From: an uncultured Chlamydiales bacterium
GTDB taxonomy: Bacteria; Chlamydiota; Chlamydiia; Chlamydiales; Rhabdochlamydiaceae
Direction: 5' to 3'
NCBI GenBank assembly: GCA_963700985.1
Contig: OY969554.1
Location: 192,001-256,000 of the forward strand
DNA: 64,000 bases
The position numbers and the translations under genes were made by a program. The notes beneath the pieces are model-generated. The model was given only the letters and a program-made list of their open reading frames with translations. It was not told where the DNA came from and ran no database searches. Positions 27,280 to 36,489 of this stretch are shown piece by piece (positions within the stretch are counted from its first letter, which is position 1; each line of letters starts with the position of its first letter).

Positions 27280-28191
27280 ATGGCGAAGTTTGTGATTGGG
27301 GTGATGGGTGCTACGGGTCATGTTGGGCGGGTTATCGTAGAAGAATTGTTAAAGAAAGGGCACAAGGTGCGTGCGTTTGGACGTGATGCAAGCAAGCTTA
27401 AAGAGCTTAAAGCCAAAGGAGCAGAGGTTCTTTCAGGCGACTTCACAGATAGCACAACTCTCACTAAAGCGTTTCAAGGTTGCAACGCCATTTTCAGTTT
27501 TATTCCACCAGCTCACCATGTAGATGATTTTGATGTTTATAGAGATCATACGAGTGAAGCGATTGCAAACGCTATTGTAAAAGCTAAGGTGTCAAATGTG
27601 TTAAACTTGAGCTCCATGGCAGCTCAGCATCGAACGGGCACAGGCGTAGTTAAGGAATTACATCTCCACGAAGAAAGGCTAAATTCACTACCTGATTTAA
27701 ATGTTCTGCATCTTCGGCCAACCTACTTCATGGAAAATTTTCTTGGGTTTGTTCCAGGCATTAAAAGCTCAGGAACAATCTCTTCTTCTCTTAAAGCGGA
27801 ACATCCCATTGCTGTGATAGCGACGCGCGACATTGGGGTTAAGGCTGCTGAATTCCTGAATGCGTTAAAATTCAAAGGATCGAGCGTTTTTGAACTCGTA
27901 GGGCCTAAGGCTATCACGATGACGCAGGCAACGAGAATTATTGGAAAAGCGATTGGCAAGCCAGATTTAAAGTATGTGCAACTTTCAGATCAGAAAGCTG
28001 AAGAAGCGCTTTTGGCGGCTGGAATGACACATCAAGTAATTAAGCTGTATCTTGAAATGAACAGAGGTTTCAATGAGGGGAAGTTTGCGCCGACGCAAAA
28101 AATGACTCCTGATCACACTGGAACGACGACTTTCGAAGAGTTTGCACAAGTCTTTTCACAGATCTACCGCTCTGCAAAAAAAGCTGCTTAG
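27280..28191 (+). CDS. NmrA-like NAD(P)-binding atypical SDR protein
   Basis: Rossmann motif VMGATGHVG, LRPTYFMEN, IATRDIG, ELVGP; GGAGG RBS. Confidence 0.9.
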   Translation: MAKFVIGVMGATGHVGRVIVEELLKKGHKVRAFGRDASKLKELKAKGAEVLSGDFTDSTTLTKAFQGCNAIFSFIPPAHHVDDFDVYRDHTSEAIANAIVKAKVSNVLNLSSMAAQHRTGTGVVKELHLHEERLNSLPDLNVLHLRPTYFMENFLGFVPGIKSSGTISSSLKAEHPIAVIATRDIGVKAAEFLNALKFKGSSVFELVGPKAITMTQATRIIGKAIGKPDLKYVQLSDQKAEEALLAAGMTHQVIKLYLEMNRGFNEGKFAPTQKMTPDHTGTTTFEEFAQVFSQIYRSAKKAA

Positions 28192-28202
28192 GCAGCTTTT
28201 TT
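28177..28202 (+). terminator. rho-independent terminator overlapping the NmrA stop codon
   Basis: AAAAAAGCTGC-TTAG-GCAGCTTTTTT. Confidence 0.75.
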
Positions 28203-28243
28203 ACTAGGTTACAGGTGCTTCGTAACGCAAGTCATTCACAATC

Positions 28244-28272
28244 TTGACAATATGCAGATATTTGCATATATT
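28244..28272 (+). promoter_or_regulatory. sigma66 promoter of the ABC transporter pair with a palindrome over spacer and -10
   Basis: TTGACA-N17-TATATT; near-perfect palindrome ATATGCAGATATTTGCATAT at 28250-28269. Confidence 0.65.
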
Positions 28273-28332
28273 TTATTTGTGATCGATTCTTGTTTCAGTC
28301 GGCCCATTTGGTAAATTTAAGCCTTAAAAAAT

Positions 28333-29286
28333 ATGTCTGCCTCACCAATCTTGTCCGTCAGAAAGCTTTCGAAGGTCTACCCTGGCAAGAAAAAATTTGT
28401 TGCGGTAGACAACATCTCCTTTGATTTAGAACAAGGGGAGATATTAGGTCTGCTGGGTCCGAATGGTGCGGGCAAGACGACGACGATTCAGATGCTGCTC
28501 AGCACATTGAAACCTTCAAGCGGCTCGATTCTCTATTTTGGCAAAGATTTTTTCGTGCACCGAACAGAGATCCTGAAACAGGTGGTTTTTGCGAGTACTT
28601 ATGTGAGTTTGCCTTGGATGCTCACGATTGAGCAGAATTTAAAAGTTTTTGGCATGCTCTATGGCATTCCAGTAAGTGAGATTGATCGTAGAGTTGATCC
28701 GCTTTTAGAGATTTTTGGAATCAAAGACAAACGCAAGACGACAGTCTCTAAACTTTCTGCAGGGCAGATCACGCGCCTGATGATGGTTAAAGCCTTTATG
28801 GTTCGGCCTAAAATCGTTCTGCTAGATGAGCCTACTGCTTCTTTGGATCCTGACATTGCGCATGATGTGTGTCAATTTGTGCTAGATCAGCGAGATAAAT
28901 ATGGCACCTCAATTCTGTATACCTCACATAACATGGTCGAAGTAGCTGAAGTATGCGATCGTGTGCTCTTCTTGCAAAATGGACGCATCATCGCCAATGA
29001 TATCCCAGATAATCTTGCGCGTAGTGTTTCAACGTCGCGTATTCAATTGTTAGTGGGCGATGGCTTAAAGCGTACGATCAGTATCGCTGAGAGCTTGAGC
29101 TTGCCTTACACTGTTGAGCATCGAAGCATAGAGATGGAGCTGGATGAAGCGCAAATCGCCAAGCTCTTGACGGCTCTTGCAGAGGCGAAGGTCTCTTATA
29201 CAAACATCAATATTTCCCAGCCTACTTTAGAAGACTACTTTTTACAGGTAGTTGAAAATTCGCGTAAAGAGAGAGAGGGAGATTAA
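28333..29286 (+). CDS. ABC-2 type exporter ATP-binding protein
   Basis: Walker A GPNGAGKTT, signature LSAGQ, Walker B VLLDEPT, H-loop TSHNM. Confidence 0.95.
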   Translation: MSASPILSVRKLSKVYPGKKKFVAVDNISFDLEQGEILGLLGPNGAGKTTTIQMLLSTLKPSSGSILYFGKDFFVHRTEILKQVVFASTYVSLPWMLTIEQNLKVFGMLYGIPVSEIDRRVDPLLEIFGIKDKRKTTVSKLSAGQITRLMMVKAFMVRPKIVLLDEPTASLDPDIAHDVCQFVLDQRDKYGTSILYTSHNMVEVAEVCDRVLFLQNGRIIANDIPDNLARSVSTSRIQLLVGDGLKRTISIAESLSLPYTVEHRSIEMELDEAQIAKLLTALAEAKVSYTNINISQPTLEDYFLQVVENSRKEREGD

Positions 29287-29290
29287 TCTA

Positions 29291-30073
29291 ATGAGCTTTG
29301 GTCGTATCTGGGCCGTTTTCTTACGTTATTTTTACCTTTCAGCTAAGCTAGATCAGCTGGCAGATCTTTTCTACTGGCCTGCTTTGGATATCCTTCTTTG
29401 GGGAATCACGAGCACCTGGATTCAGTCGGAGCAGACCTCTATTCCTCACATCGCCATTGCTGTTATGACCGGGATTGTCTTTTGGCAGATTCTCTGGCGC
29501 GGTAATTATGAAGTCACGGTTAATCTTTTAGAAGAGTTTTGGAGCCGAAATCTGGTCAATCTCTTCTCCACACCTCTCAAAATTAGCGAGTGGATCGCTT
29601 CAATCATGTTAGTTGGATTGATTAAGATCTGTGTGAGCATGTTTTTTGGCGCGCTACTCGTCTGGCTTTTATATACGTTAAATGTATTTTCAATCGGTTG
29701 GGCTTTTTTACCCTTTCTTTTTTCACTCACTCTCTCTGGGTGGTTTATGGGCTTTTTAAGCGCAGCCATAATTGTTTACTATGGTAAACGCGTGCAGATG
29801 CTCGCTTGGATGATGGCCTACATTTTTGCGCCATTTAGCGCGATTTATTACCCGGTTAGTGCTTTGCCAGATTGGGCTCAATACATCGCTAAAGTTCTGC
29901 CTACGTCATATATTTTCGAGGGAATGCGTCAAGTGCTCAATGAGCATGTCTTCTCGCTAAGTACGTTTATGATTAGCCTAGGGCTAAACGTTGTCTATCT
30001 CTCATTTTCCATGCTGCTTTTCAAGCTGCTGTTTGAAAAGAGTCGCGAAAAAGGGCTCGCTCGTCTCGAATAG
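29291..30073 (+). CDS. ABC-2 type exporter permease
   Basis: About six TM segments, YYPVSALPDWAQYIAKVLP motif, follows the ATPase; ATG 29291 preferred. Confidence 0.9.
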   Translation: MSFGRIWAVFLRYFYLSAKLDQLADLFYWPALDILLWGITSTWIQSEQTSIPHIAIAVMTGIVFWQILWRGNYEVTVNLLEEFWSRNLVNLFSTPLKISEWIASIMLVGLIKICVSMFFGALLVWLLYTLNVFSIGWAFLPFLFSLTLSGWFMGFLSAAIIVYYGKRVQMLAWMMAYIFAPFSAIYYPVSALPDWAQYIAKVLPTSYIFEGMRQVLNEHVFSLSTFMISLGLNVVYLSFSMLLFKLLFEKSREKGLARLE

Positions 30074-30095
30074 CAAAAAGTATCTCAGAAATTTT

Positions 30096-30485
30096 TCAGA
30101 GCTGAATGTAGCCGAAGCTGTTTGCAAGCAGCACGAGAACCAAGCCTAGAATCCAGGTTGCTAAGGTGAGAAGAGCGCTTTCTGCAAGCGTAATGCTAAA
30201 GCCGAACGAGGATGTTATAAACATACCCACAGCTATGCTTGAAAAGTAAGAAAGCACAGCTCTGGTGATCTTGGCGGTGGGTGCATCGCCTAAAAATCCG
30301 AATAAATAATACGTAAAGCGCTGGATGGAAATAAACGGCGCACCAAATAGCATTCCTGCATTTGGTTCAATCACATGCGTTACTAGCGTCGCGAGACCGA
30401 AGCCTGCGGCACCAGCTAGGTAGGCCACAGGATTTGTGAAGTTTTCTCGAGCAGCCTGTCTGAGAGCATACGCCATGACAACCAA
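30096..30485 (-). CDS. small multi-TM protein, paralogue array member
   Basis: GMLFG...LGDAPTAKITR...FGFSITL pattern shared with neighbours. Confidence 0.75.
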   Translation of the reverse strand: MVVMAYALRQAARENFTNPVAYLAGAAGFGLATLVTHVIEPNAGMLFGAPFISIQRFTYYLFGFLGDAPTAKITRAVLSYFSSIAVGMFITSSFGFSITLAESALLTLATWILGLVLVLLANSFGYIQL

Positions 30486-30533
30486 ATTTTCATTTCAAAA
30501 TACCTGGAAGACCAAGAAATTTCGAGGAAAAAT

Positions 30534-30917
30534 TTAAGATTGCTGGAAGGAAGCCCAAAGACAGTTAATGGTGACACCAACTGCAGCAGCAGCAAGAGAG
30601 AGGAGAGCGCCTTGAGCTAAGGTGATCGTGAAACCAAAATAGCTAGTGATGAGTAGGCTCACGGCAATCGAGGCAAAACTGGCGAGAATCATTCTGGCGA
30701 TTTTAGCTACGGTCGATTCACCTAAACAAGAGAGTGTGTTGTAAACAAAAACACCCATAGCGAGGAGGGGTGTGCCAAAAAGTACGCCAGCGAATGGCTC
30801 CACAAGCTCAGTGAGCACGGCAGCTACACCAAAGGTTGTAGCGCCAGAGATGTAGTAGCTAGGAATGCAAAAGGCTTGCGCATTTTCTTGCGCAGCATGT
30901 CTTAAGGCATTTGCCAT
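30534..30917 (-). CDS. small multi-TM protein, paralogue array member
   Basis: GVLFG...SCLGESTVAKIAR...FGFTITL; N-terminus MANALRHAAQEN is close to MAYALRQAAREN of the neighbour. Confidence 0.78.
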   Translation of the reverse strand: MANALRHAAQENAQAFCIPSYYISGATTFGVAAVLTELVEPFAGVLFGTPLLAMGVFVYNTLSCLGESTVAKIARMILASFASIAVSLLITSYFGFTITLAQGALLSLAAAAVGVTINCLWASFQQS

Positions 30918-30927
30918 TTTTGCAACC

Positions 30928-31338
30928 TTATTGGGTTAAAAAAACGTCTGGTGCAAATTCTTCTTCGAGAATTCTGATGAGGAATTTTAAAGCATAGGTT
31001 GCAACCAAGCCAGTTATAATAAAGAGAGCGCCTTGAGTTAGGGTAAGCGTGAGCTTGAATCCGAGGCCAGCGGTTAATAAAAAGCCAGAGCCGATAGCGG
31101 CCAGCAGTGCAATGGCAAGCTTTGCGATTTTGGCAAAAAATGCGTCATCTTTCCAACAGTCATTAAGGACTTGATAAACCACGCCACCTATGGGGAAAAA
31201 TAGGGTGCCGAATAAAGCGCCTACGGTAGGTTGAACCACGTGAGTCACAACAGCCGCTGCGGTAAAGCCGCAAGCTCCCATAAGGTAACGTTCAGGCTGG
31301 AGCAGAATGTGGTCTCGACTACATGCATTTGCTGACAT
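30928..31338 (-). CDS. small multi-TM protein, paralogue array member
   Basis: GALFG...DDAFFAKIAK...LGFKLTLTL; AGGAG RBS. Confidence 0.78.
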   Translation of the reverse strand: MSANACSRDHILLQPERYLMGACGFTAAAVVTHVVQPTVGALFGTLFFPIGGVVYQVLNDCWKDDAFFAKIAKLAIALLAAIGSGFLLTAGLGFKLTLTLTQGALFIITGLVATYALKFLIRILEEEFAPDVFLTQ

Positions 31339-31357
31339 AAGCTCTCCTAATTATTTG

Positions 31358-31747
31358 TTAAGTTTTAATCCAGCCTTCATTGAAAGCTAAAACACACGTT
31401 GTAACTGCTGCAGTTAATCCAGACAGCATGAGCAGCGAACTGTGAGTAAAAGTAATGGTATAACCAAACATAGTAAGCAGCATGGTGTCAAGTGCAAGCG
31501 CTGTAAAAAAAGCGATGGCGATACGCGCGGCGTAGGCCATTGTGCTGTCACCCATGCAAGATAAACTATGGTATACAAAGAGAGCGACTGGACCTAAAGG
31601 AGCGCCGAAAAGTGCGCCTGTGAAGGTATCTGATACTTGTGTTATTCCAGAGATAACCGCGCCGGCACCAACGCCGATTAAATAAGGGTAGGGGCTGCAA
31701 AAAAGCTGCTTGTTGTTATCAAGAATGCGTCCACAATCCATTCCCAT
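31358..31747 (-). CDS. small multi-TM protein, paralogue array member
   Basis: GALFG...SCMGDSTMAYAAR...FGYTITF; GGAGG RBS. Confidence 0.78.
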   Translation of the reverse strand: MGMDCGRILDNNKQLFCSPYPYLIGVGAGAVISGITQVSDTFTGALFGAPLGPVALFVYHSLSCMGDSTMAYAARIAIAFFTALALDTMLLTMFGYTITFTHSSLLMLSGLTAAVTTCVLAFNEGWIKT

Positions 31748-31808
31748 GAGCCTATCCTCCGATTACTAGTAATTCGTTTTGGTTGATTTCAGTTTTCAAA
31801 TTTTAAGC

Positions 31809-32225
31809 TTATCCTCGCTGTGATGTCGCAATAAAGCCACAAGAGACGAGAGATCCACAGCAAATCGCAGTAGTCACACAACTTGTAATAATCATCGCAA
31901 TAGCTAGCACCACTCCCGTTTGGAAGGTGACCTCAAAGCCAATAAAGCTTGTTAATGCTGCCGATATCACGATTGAAGCGAGGATACAGGCAACTAGACG
32001 CACTGTTTTAGCAGTTTCGCTTTGACCCAAAAAACTAAGCCCTGCATCGAGCAGTTCGTTCACACAATAGTAGATCGAACCAAAGACCATTCCGCCTGCA
32101 AATGTAATTTCAGTGGCCAATGCACCCGCAATACCGCCAACAAGACCTCCTACAATCACGTTGCATGGATTAAATGGGTTAGAGAAATCTCTATTCGCAT
32201 AAGGTGCTGGAGCCGGTGCGGCCAT
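31809..32225 (-). CDS. small multi-TM protein, paralogue array member
   Basis: GGMVFG...SFLGQSETAKTVR...IGFEVTF; AGGAG RBS. Confidence 0.78.
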   Translation of the reverse strand: MAAPAPAPYANRDFSNPFNPCNVIVGGLVGGIAGALATEITFAGGMVFGSIYYCVNELLDAGLSFLGQSETAKTVRLVACILASIVISAALTSFIGFEVTFQTGVVLAIAMIITSCVTTAICCGSLVSCGFIATSQRG

Positions 32226-32266
32226 AAAATTACTCCTAAATAATTTAGTCTTAAATTAAGCCCAAA

Positions 32267-32295
32267 ATTATACAGGGGTATCAAGAAATTGTAAA
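32267..32295 (-). promoter_or_regulatory. sigma66 promoter upstream of five array genes
   Basis: Minus strand TTTACA-N17-TATAAT, about 40 nt before ATG 32225. Confidence 0.65.
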
Positions 32296-32364
32296 GATTT
32301 TTAGGCTAACTTCAGAGGGTCGCTACTTAAAATAAAAAATTTAGAAAGTAGTCGTCTAAATTAT

Positions 32365-32745
32365 TTAATTGTGGTTCATGCGAAAGCAGCAGCGAAAGAT
32401 CATATTCAGCAAGATAGTGGTTGCAGCCATGGTCAGTGTAAGCACAAGAGCGGCATCGTAGGTTAAAGAATATCCTAACGCTGTTGTAGCAGCGGCTCCA
32501 ATAACAATGCTTGCAATCAGCGTCAAAGCTACGCGTGCTATTTTTCCAAAAAAAGAATCGTCGAGGCAAGAAGTGCTCATTTCGATCAAACTAAATGTAA
32601 GCCCAGAGAAAGCGCCAAAAACCGCTCCTGCTATAGGAAGAACTGGCGTGTAAAGAGCTGCGGCAACAAAGCCAATTACTGCATTGCTAGCTACCGTAGT
32701 TAGGGCTTCTGTCTGAGCTTGGTTAAATCCAATGGTGCAAGTCAT
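32365..32745 (-). CDS. small multi-TM protein, paralogue array member (directly downstream of tal)
   Basis: GAVFG...SCLDDSFFGKIAR...LGYSLTY. Confidence 0.78.
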   Translation of the reverse strand: MTCTIGFNQAQTEALTTVASNAVIGFVAAALYTPVLPIAGAVFGAFSGLTFSLIEMSTSCLDDSFFGKIARVALTLIASIVIGAAATTALGYSLTYDAALVLTLTMAATTILLNMIFRCCFRMNHN

Positions 32746-32757
32746 AGCTAATCCTTT

Positions 32758-33714
32758 TTAAAACATCTGCTCGATTAGTTTTTCTAGTTTTACAACGTCT
32801 TTACCGAAGTTGCGAATGCCTTCAGCTAGTTTTTCTGTAGCCATCGCGTTTTCATTGAGCATCCAGCGGAAGGTTTTCTCGTCGAGCTCGGTTTTTTGAA
32901 TTGGCAATTTTTTGGCGGCTTCGGGATCGAGCTTTCGGGTAAGAGGCGCTTCGCTTTTGTGCAGCTCTTCAAGCAATTTAGGAGCAATGGTGAGCAGATC
33001 GCAGCCAGCGAGTTCGAGGATCTCATCTACATTGCGGAAGCTGGCGCCCATGATTTGAGTCGTAATACCCATCTTTTTATAGTAGTTATAGATCTCTCTT
33101 ACCGAGAGTACGCCAGGATCTTGAGCTGGGGGATAAGAATCTTTACCTTCAGCCTTTTTATACCAGTCTAAGATGCGGCCAACAAAAGGGGAGATAAGTG
33201 TTGCTTTGGAATTCGCACACCCAATTGCTTGAGCTAAGCTGAACATGAGGGTCATGTTGCAATGGATGCCTTCTTTTTCGAGCTGGGCGCAAGCTTGGAT
33301 ACCTTCCCATGTTGAGGCGAGTTTAATTAGCACGCGGCTGCGATCAATGCCGGCAGCTTGGTATAAACCGATGAGCGTTTTGGCTTTTTGAATGCTTCCT
33401 GCGACATCGAATGAGAGGCGGGCGTCGACTTCAGTAGAGACGCGTCCTGGAACGATTTTTAAAATTTCGAGACCAAAATTGACGAAGACTTTATCCAGTG
33501 CAGCTTGTTTTTGTTCTTGAGGTGTCTTGCCCTGTTTTTTACCGTATGCTACGGCATCTTTAAGGAGGGGTTGATATTCAGCGATCGATGCAGCTGCAAA
33601 GATTAGTGAAGGGTTGGTCGTTGCATCTGTAGGTTGATATTTTTTAATCTCGGCGAACTCGCCTGTATCGGCGACGACAGTGGTCATCTTCTTAAGCTGA
33701 TCTAAAGTGCTCAT
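32758..33714 (-). CDS. tal: transaldolase
   Basis: [56 protein letters not shown] before ATG 33714. Confidence 0.98.
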   Translation of the reverse strand: MSTLDQLKKMTTVVADTGEFAEIKKYQPTDATTNPSLIFAAASIAEYQPLLKDAVAYGKKQGKTPQEQKQAALDKVFVNFGLEILKIVPGRVSTEVDARLSFDVAGSIQKAKTLIGLYQAAGIDRSRVLIKLASTWEGIQACAQLEKEGIHCNMTLMFSLAQAIGCANSKATLISPFVGRILDWYKKAEGKDSYPPAQDPGVLSVREIYNYYKKMGITTQIMGASFRNVDEILELAGCDLLTIAPKLLEELHKSEAPLTRKLDPEAAKKLPIQKTELDEKTFRWMLNENAMATEKLAEGIRNFGKDVVKLEKLIEQMF

Positions 33715-33760
33715 GGGGCTCTCCTTATTAAACATGATACTTATAATATTGATGCCAAAA

Positions 33761-34261
33761 TTACATGGGAAGATGAATTGTTAGTTCGAAGGGTAAGGGG
33801 TGCTGGAGCTTTTCAAAATATTTTGAAAAATATCCTGGTTCTATCGTTGTAATGTAACCGGGAATTTGGAGGGTAAGGGGTTCTCCATTTTGCAGGCTAG
33901 AGAGTACAAAGTCATGCGCAGATTCTGGCAACAAAAGGCGTTGTCCTCCTTCGCGACGGTGGGCCAGAAAAGTCATTTTTTTATGGGGATTGCTGATTCT
34001 TACTAAAGCTTTTTTGGGATCATTTGGATAAAAGGGAATTGCATGCGAATGAACAGTTAAATAGATGCTCAGCTTTTCGGAGGCTGAGAGCAGCTCAAGA
34101 TCGATGCCATTGACTTGGTCTTCGGCATGATAACAGAGCTTGGACGAATTATAGGATCCGCCTGCCTTTACTGTGTCCAAACTCCATGGATCGCTTTTAG
34201 CACAACCTGCGAGAAGCAAAAATAGGAAGAGGATATCCCATTTACTTATGCTTATGGTCAT
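33761..34261 (-). CDS. hypothetical lipoprotein
   Basis: Lipobox LLLAGC; 166-aa ORF in an operon-like run leading to tal. Confidence 0.7.
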   Translation of the reverse strand: MTISISKWDILFLFLLLAGCAKSDPWSLDTVKAGGSYNSSKLCYHAEDQVNGIDLELLSASEKLSIYLTVHSHAIPFYPNDPKKALVRISNPHKKMTFLAHRREGGQRLLLPESAHDFVLSSLQNGEPLTLQIPGYITTIEPGYFSKYFEKLQHPLPFELTIHLPM

Positions 34262-34496
34262 GCCTGTGATGATGATTGTGGTGATGTGAGACGAGGATGA
34301 GCGTGGTTACCGCAATGATCACAGCGCCGACTGCCAGGGCATACCCTGTCCATTTCCTTGCATCATATCTGTTCTTTTCTAATTTACTGACAGTGCGAGG
34401 AGTTCGTACAGTTTCCTCAGTGGCTTCATCAGCATATGTGAGATTAGAAAATCCCAGCGCGCAGGCTAGGAGAATGCACATAAGATTTTTTCCCAT
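34242..34496 (-). CDS. small signal-peptide + TM protein with His-rich C-terminal tail
   Basis: N-terminal signal sequence, one TM helix, ends [15 protein letters not shown]. Confidence 0.65.
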   Translation of the reverse strand: MGKNLMCILLACALGFSNLTYADEATEETVRTPRTVSKLEKNRYDARKWTGYALAVGAVIIAVTTLILVSHHHNHHHRHDHKHK

Positions 34497-34497
34497 A

Positions 34498-35265
34498 TTA
34501 TCCCTCGTTTTTTGTTATTAAGCTTGAGTGTAGCTTTAAGAGCTCTTGTTGCACCTCTTTTAGAAAGAGTAGTTGACCATAAGGTCCCCATTCCTTTCCA
34601 TTGTTTACTATGCATTGCTGAAACGGAATCCAAGTTTCCTTCTGAAATTTTTCATTTGAAAAATGGGTTTCAGCCGAATCAAACTGTTTTAAGTTGTCTT
34701 GCCATTTTTTAAGGAGCGTATCGCGGGCAAGAGAGCATGTGCTTTGTTTTAAGGGGTCTTTCAGGCAAGGCAGAAGATCGTCAGTAAGACGTAAAGAGTG
34801 AAAGGCTTTTTCAAAATCTTTATGGTAGCGCGCGAAGTCTTCTTTGCCCGCAGCTGCTGTGAGAACGTAAGCGTTTTGATCTTTAAGGAAAATAAGCTGT
34901 AGAAGCCGCGCTTCTCCTCCGCCTGTTTTGGTGTCGAGAGAGGTGAGACGAGCGGGTCCTGCTTGCGTAGAAAATGTGCCTAAATCTCGCCATCTATTCC
35001 CACGCTCTTTTTCATGCAGGGTTTTGATGCATTTAAGATATTCTTCCATTTCCACTTCTACTTTTTCTTCGATCACAAGATTTAAAGAAGGGTTGAAGTT
35101 ACTGCGACTTTGGCTGGGTGTAACGAAGGCTACTTGTACGCGTGGAGATAGATGAGTAGGATGCGCAAATTCCCAATCTGCCGGCGGAATGAAGTAGCAA
35201 TGGGATGCATGCGCCCAGAGTGGTAAGATTAATAGGAGAAGAAAAATTCTAATGGCACTGACCAT
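34498..35265 (-). CDS. exported hypothetical protein (probably related to the conserved chlamydial gene upstream of the V-ATPase operon)
   Basis: Signal peptide; FIPPADWE...NPSLNLVIEE...AYVLTAA pattern; position between tal and the ATPase operon. Confidence 0.65.
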   Translation of the reverse strand: MVSAIRIFLLLLILPLWAHASHCYFIPPADWEFAHPTHLSPRVQVAFVTPSQSRSNFNPSLNLVIEEKVEVEMEEYLKCIKTLHEKERGNRWRDLGTFSTQAGPARLTSLDTKTGGGEARLLQLIFLKDQNAYVLTAAAGKEDFARYHKDFEKAFHSLRLTDDLLPCLKDPLKQSTCSLARDTLLKKWQDNLKQFDSAETHFSNEKFQKETWIPFQQCIVNNGKEWGPYGQLLFLKEVQQELLKLHSSLITKNEG

Positions 35266-35515
35266 GGCTTGTTGTGCCGCTATGGCCGGCTTTGCTCTGA
35301 TGGAGGACGCCAGCTAGGATAGCGATACCAGCAACTAATCCTACTCCCCAACCAATCATGGAAAGAGCAATAGCTGAGTAGCCCCCATCTTGAGCGCCTG
35401 CACCCTGACGATAGAGGGCGTCTGTGTTCTGCTGATTTTCGGTAAGTGCATCGCTTGAAAAAATGGGGTTCATAAAGTGCAGCGAGATAAGGAGGATAGC
35501 GACAAGCTTTTTCAT
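35249..35515 (-). CDS. small signal-peptide + TM protein
   Basis: MKKLVAILLISL...; Gly-rich TM GWGVGLVAGIAILAGVL; His-containing tail. Confidence 0.65.
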   Translation of the reverse strand: MKKLVAILLISLHFMNPIFSSDALTENQQNTDALYRQGAGAQDGGYSAIALSMIGWGVGLVAGIAILAGVLHQSKAGHSGTTSHGQCH

Positions 35516-35622
35516 CTTCAGACCAACTGTGTTGAATCGGGTTCAGTTTAAGCTTATGTCATAAGCCCGGACTTTCATGCAATTTTTTCTTAAAACTCTC
35601 GTCCGTAAAGCTGAATCAGGAG

Positions 35623-35638
35623 TAACAGGATCCTGTTA
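35623..35638. repeat. perfect 16-bp palindrome identical to the ends of the 11185-11290 element
   Basis: TAACAGGATCCTGTTA. Confidence 0.6.
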
Positions 35639-35843
35639 TTTCTTTAAAGTTGAATGATTCTCTGACTTAAGAACACATTTTGCGTGCGTCAAGGTCAGAT
35701 ATAGGCTATGCATAAAGGGCATGGGAATGCTAAGAACTGTCTTGATGTGCTTGAAAAAAAATATGGGCGGTTACTTAAATTGCATTGAAAAATATCTCTA
35801 AGCACGCAATAACTTGTGGTGAATATTCTTAAAAGGTGTCTGC

Positions 35844-36485
35844 ATGAAGGGAATGGAGTCCGGAACGGACAAAGTAAAAAAGATCTGCGATGCGCTAAGA
35901 AAAGAAACTCTTGAGCCCGCTTTGGTTGAAGCGGAAGAGATTGTTGATCAGGCGCGCGAAGAAGCTGCGCGGATTGTTGCCGAAGCACAAAGGCAAGCCG
36001 AAAGACACTTCGATGAAGCCAAAGAGCGGATTGGTCGTGAAAAAGAGATTTTCCAAGCCGCCTTAAATCAAGCGAGTAAACTGGCTGTGCAGTTTTTAAA
36101 ACAGACGATTGAAGAAAAGCTCTTCAATCGCGAATTGGCAAAGCAGTTAGCCTCTTTCATGCAAAATCCTAAAATTTTAGCAGATCTTATTACTGCTGTA
36201 GTCAAAGCCATCGAAAAAGATGGTAAAGATGTGGATTTGAGCGCCTATATTCCTTCTGCTATCCCTGCACGGGATGTAAACGCTTTCTTAGCCAAAGAGA
36301 TTCTAGAGAAACTTAAGGAAAAGAGCGTGCTTATTGCGCCAATCGGTGGCGGTATCGAAGTCAAACTGCGCAATGAGAATGTCACTCTCGATTTGTCGGA
36401 CGCTGCTTTGAATGAGCTTCTCGCTAATTATATCCGCAAAGATTTCCGCGAGCTCTTTTTTGAAGGTGTACACTCTAAGAAGTAG
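35844..36485 (+). CDS. atpE: V/A-type ATP synthase subunit E
   Basis: DKVKKICDALRKETLEPA coiled coil; first gene of the V-type operon. Confidence 0.93.
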   Translation: MKGMESGTDKVKKICDALRKETLEPALVEAEEIVDQAREEAARIVAEAQRQAERHFDEAKERIGREKEIFQAALNQASKLAVQFLKQTIEEKLFNRELAKQLASFMQNPKILADLITAVVKAIEKDGKDVDLSAYIPSAIPARDVNAFLAKEILEKLKEKSVLIAPIGGGIEVKLRNENVTLDLSDAALNELLANYIRKDFRELFFEGVHSKK

Positions 36486-36489
36486 GAAC

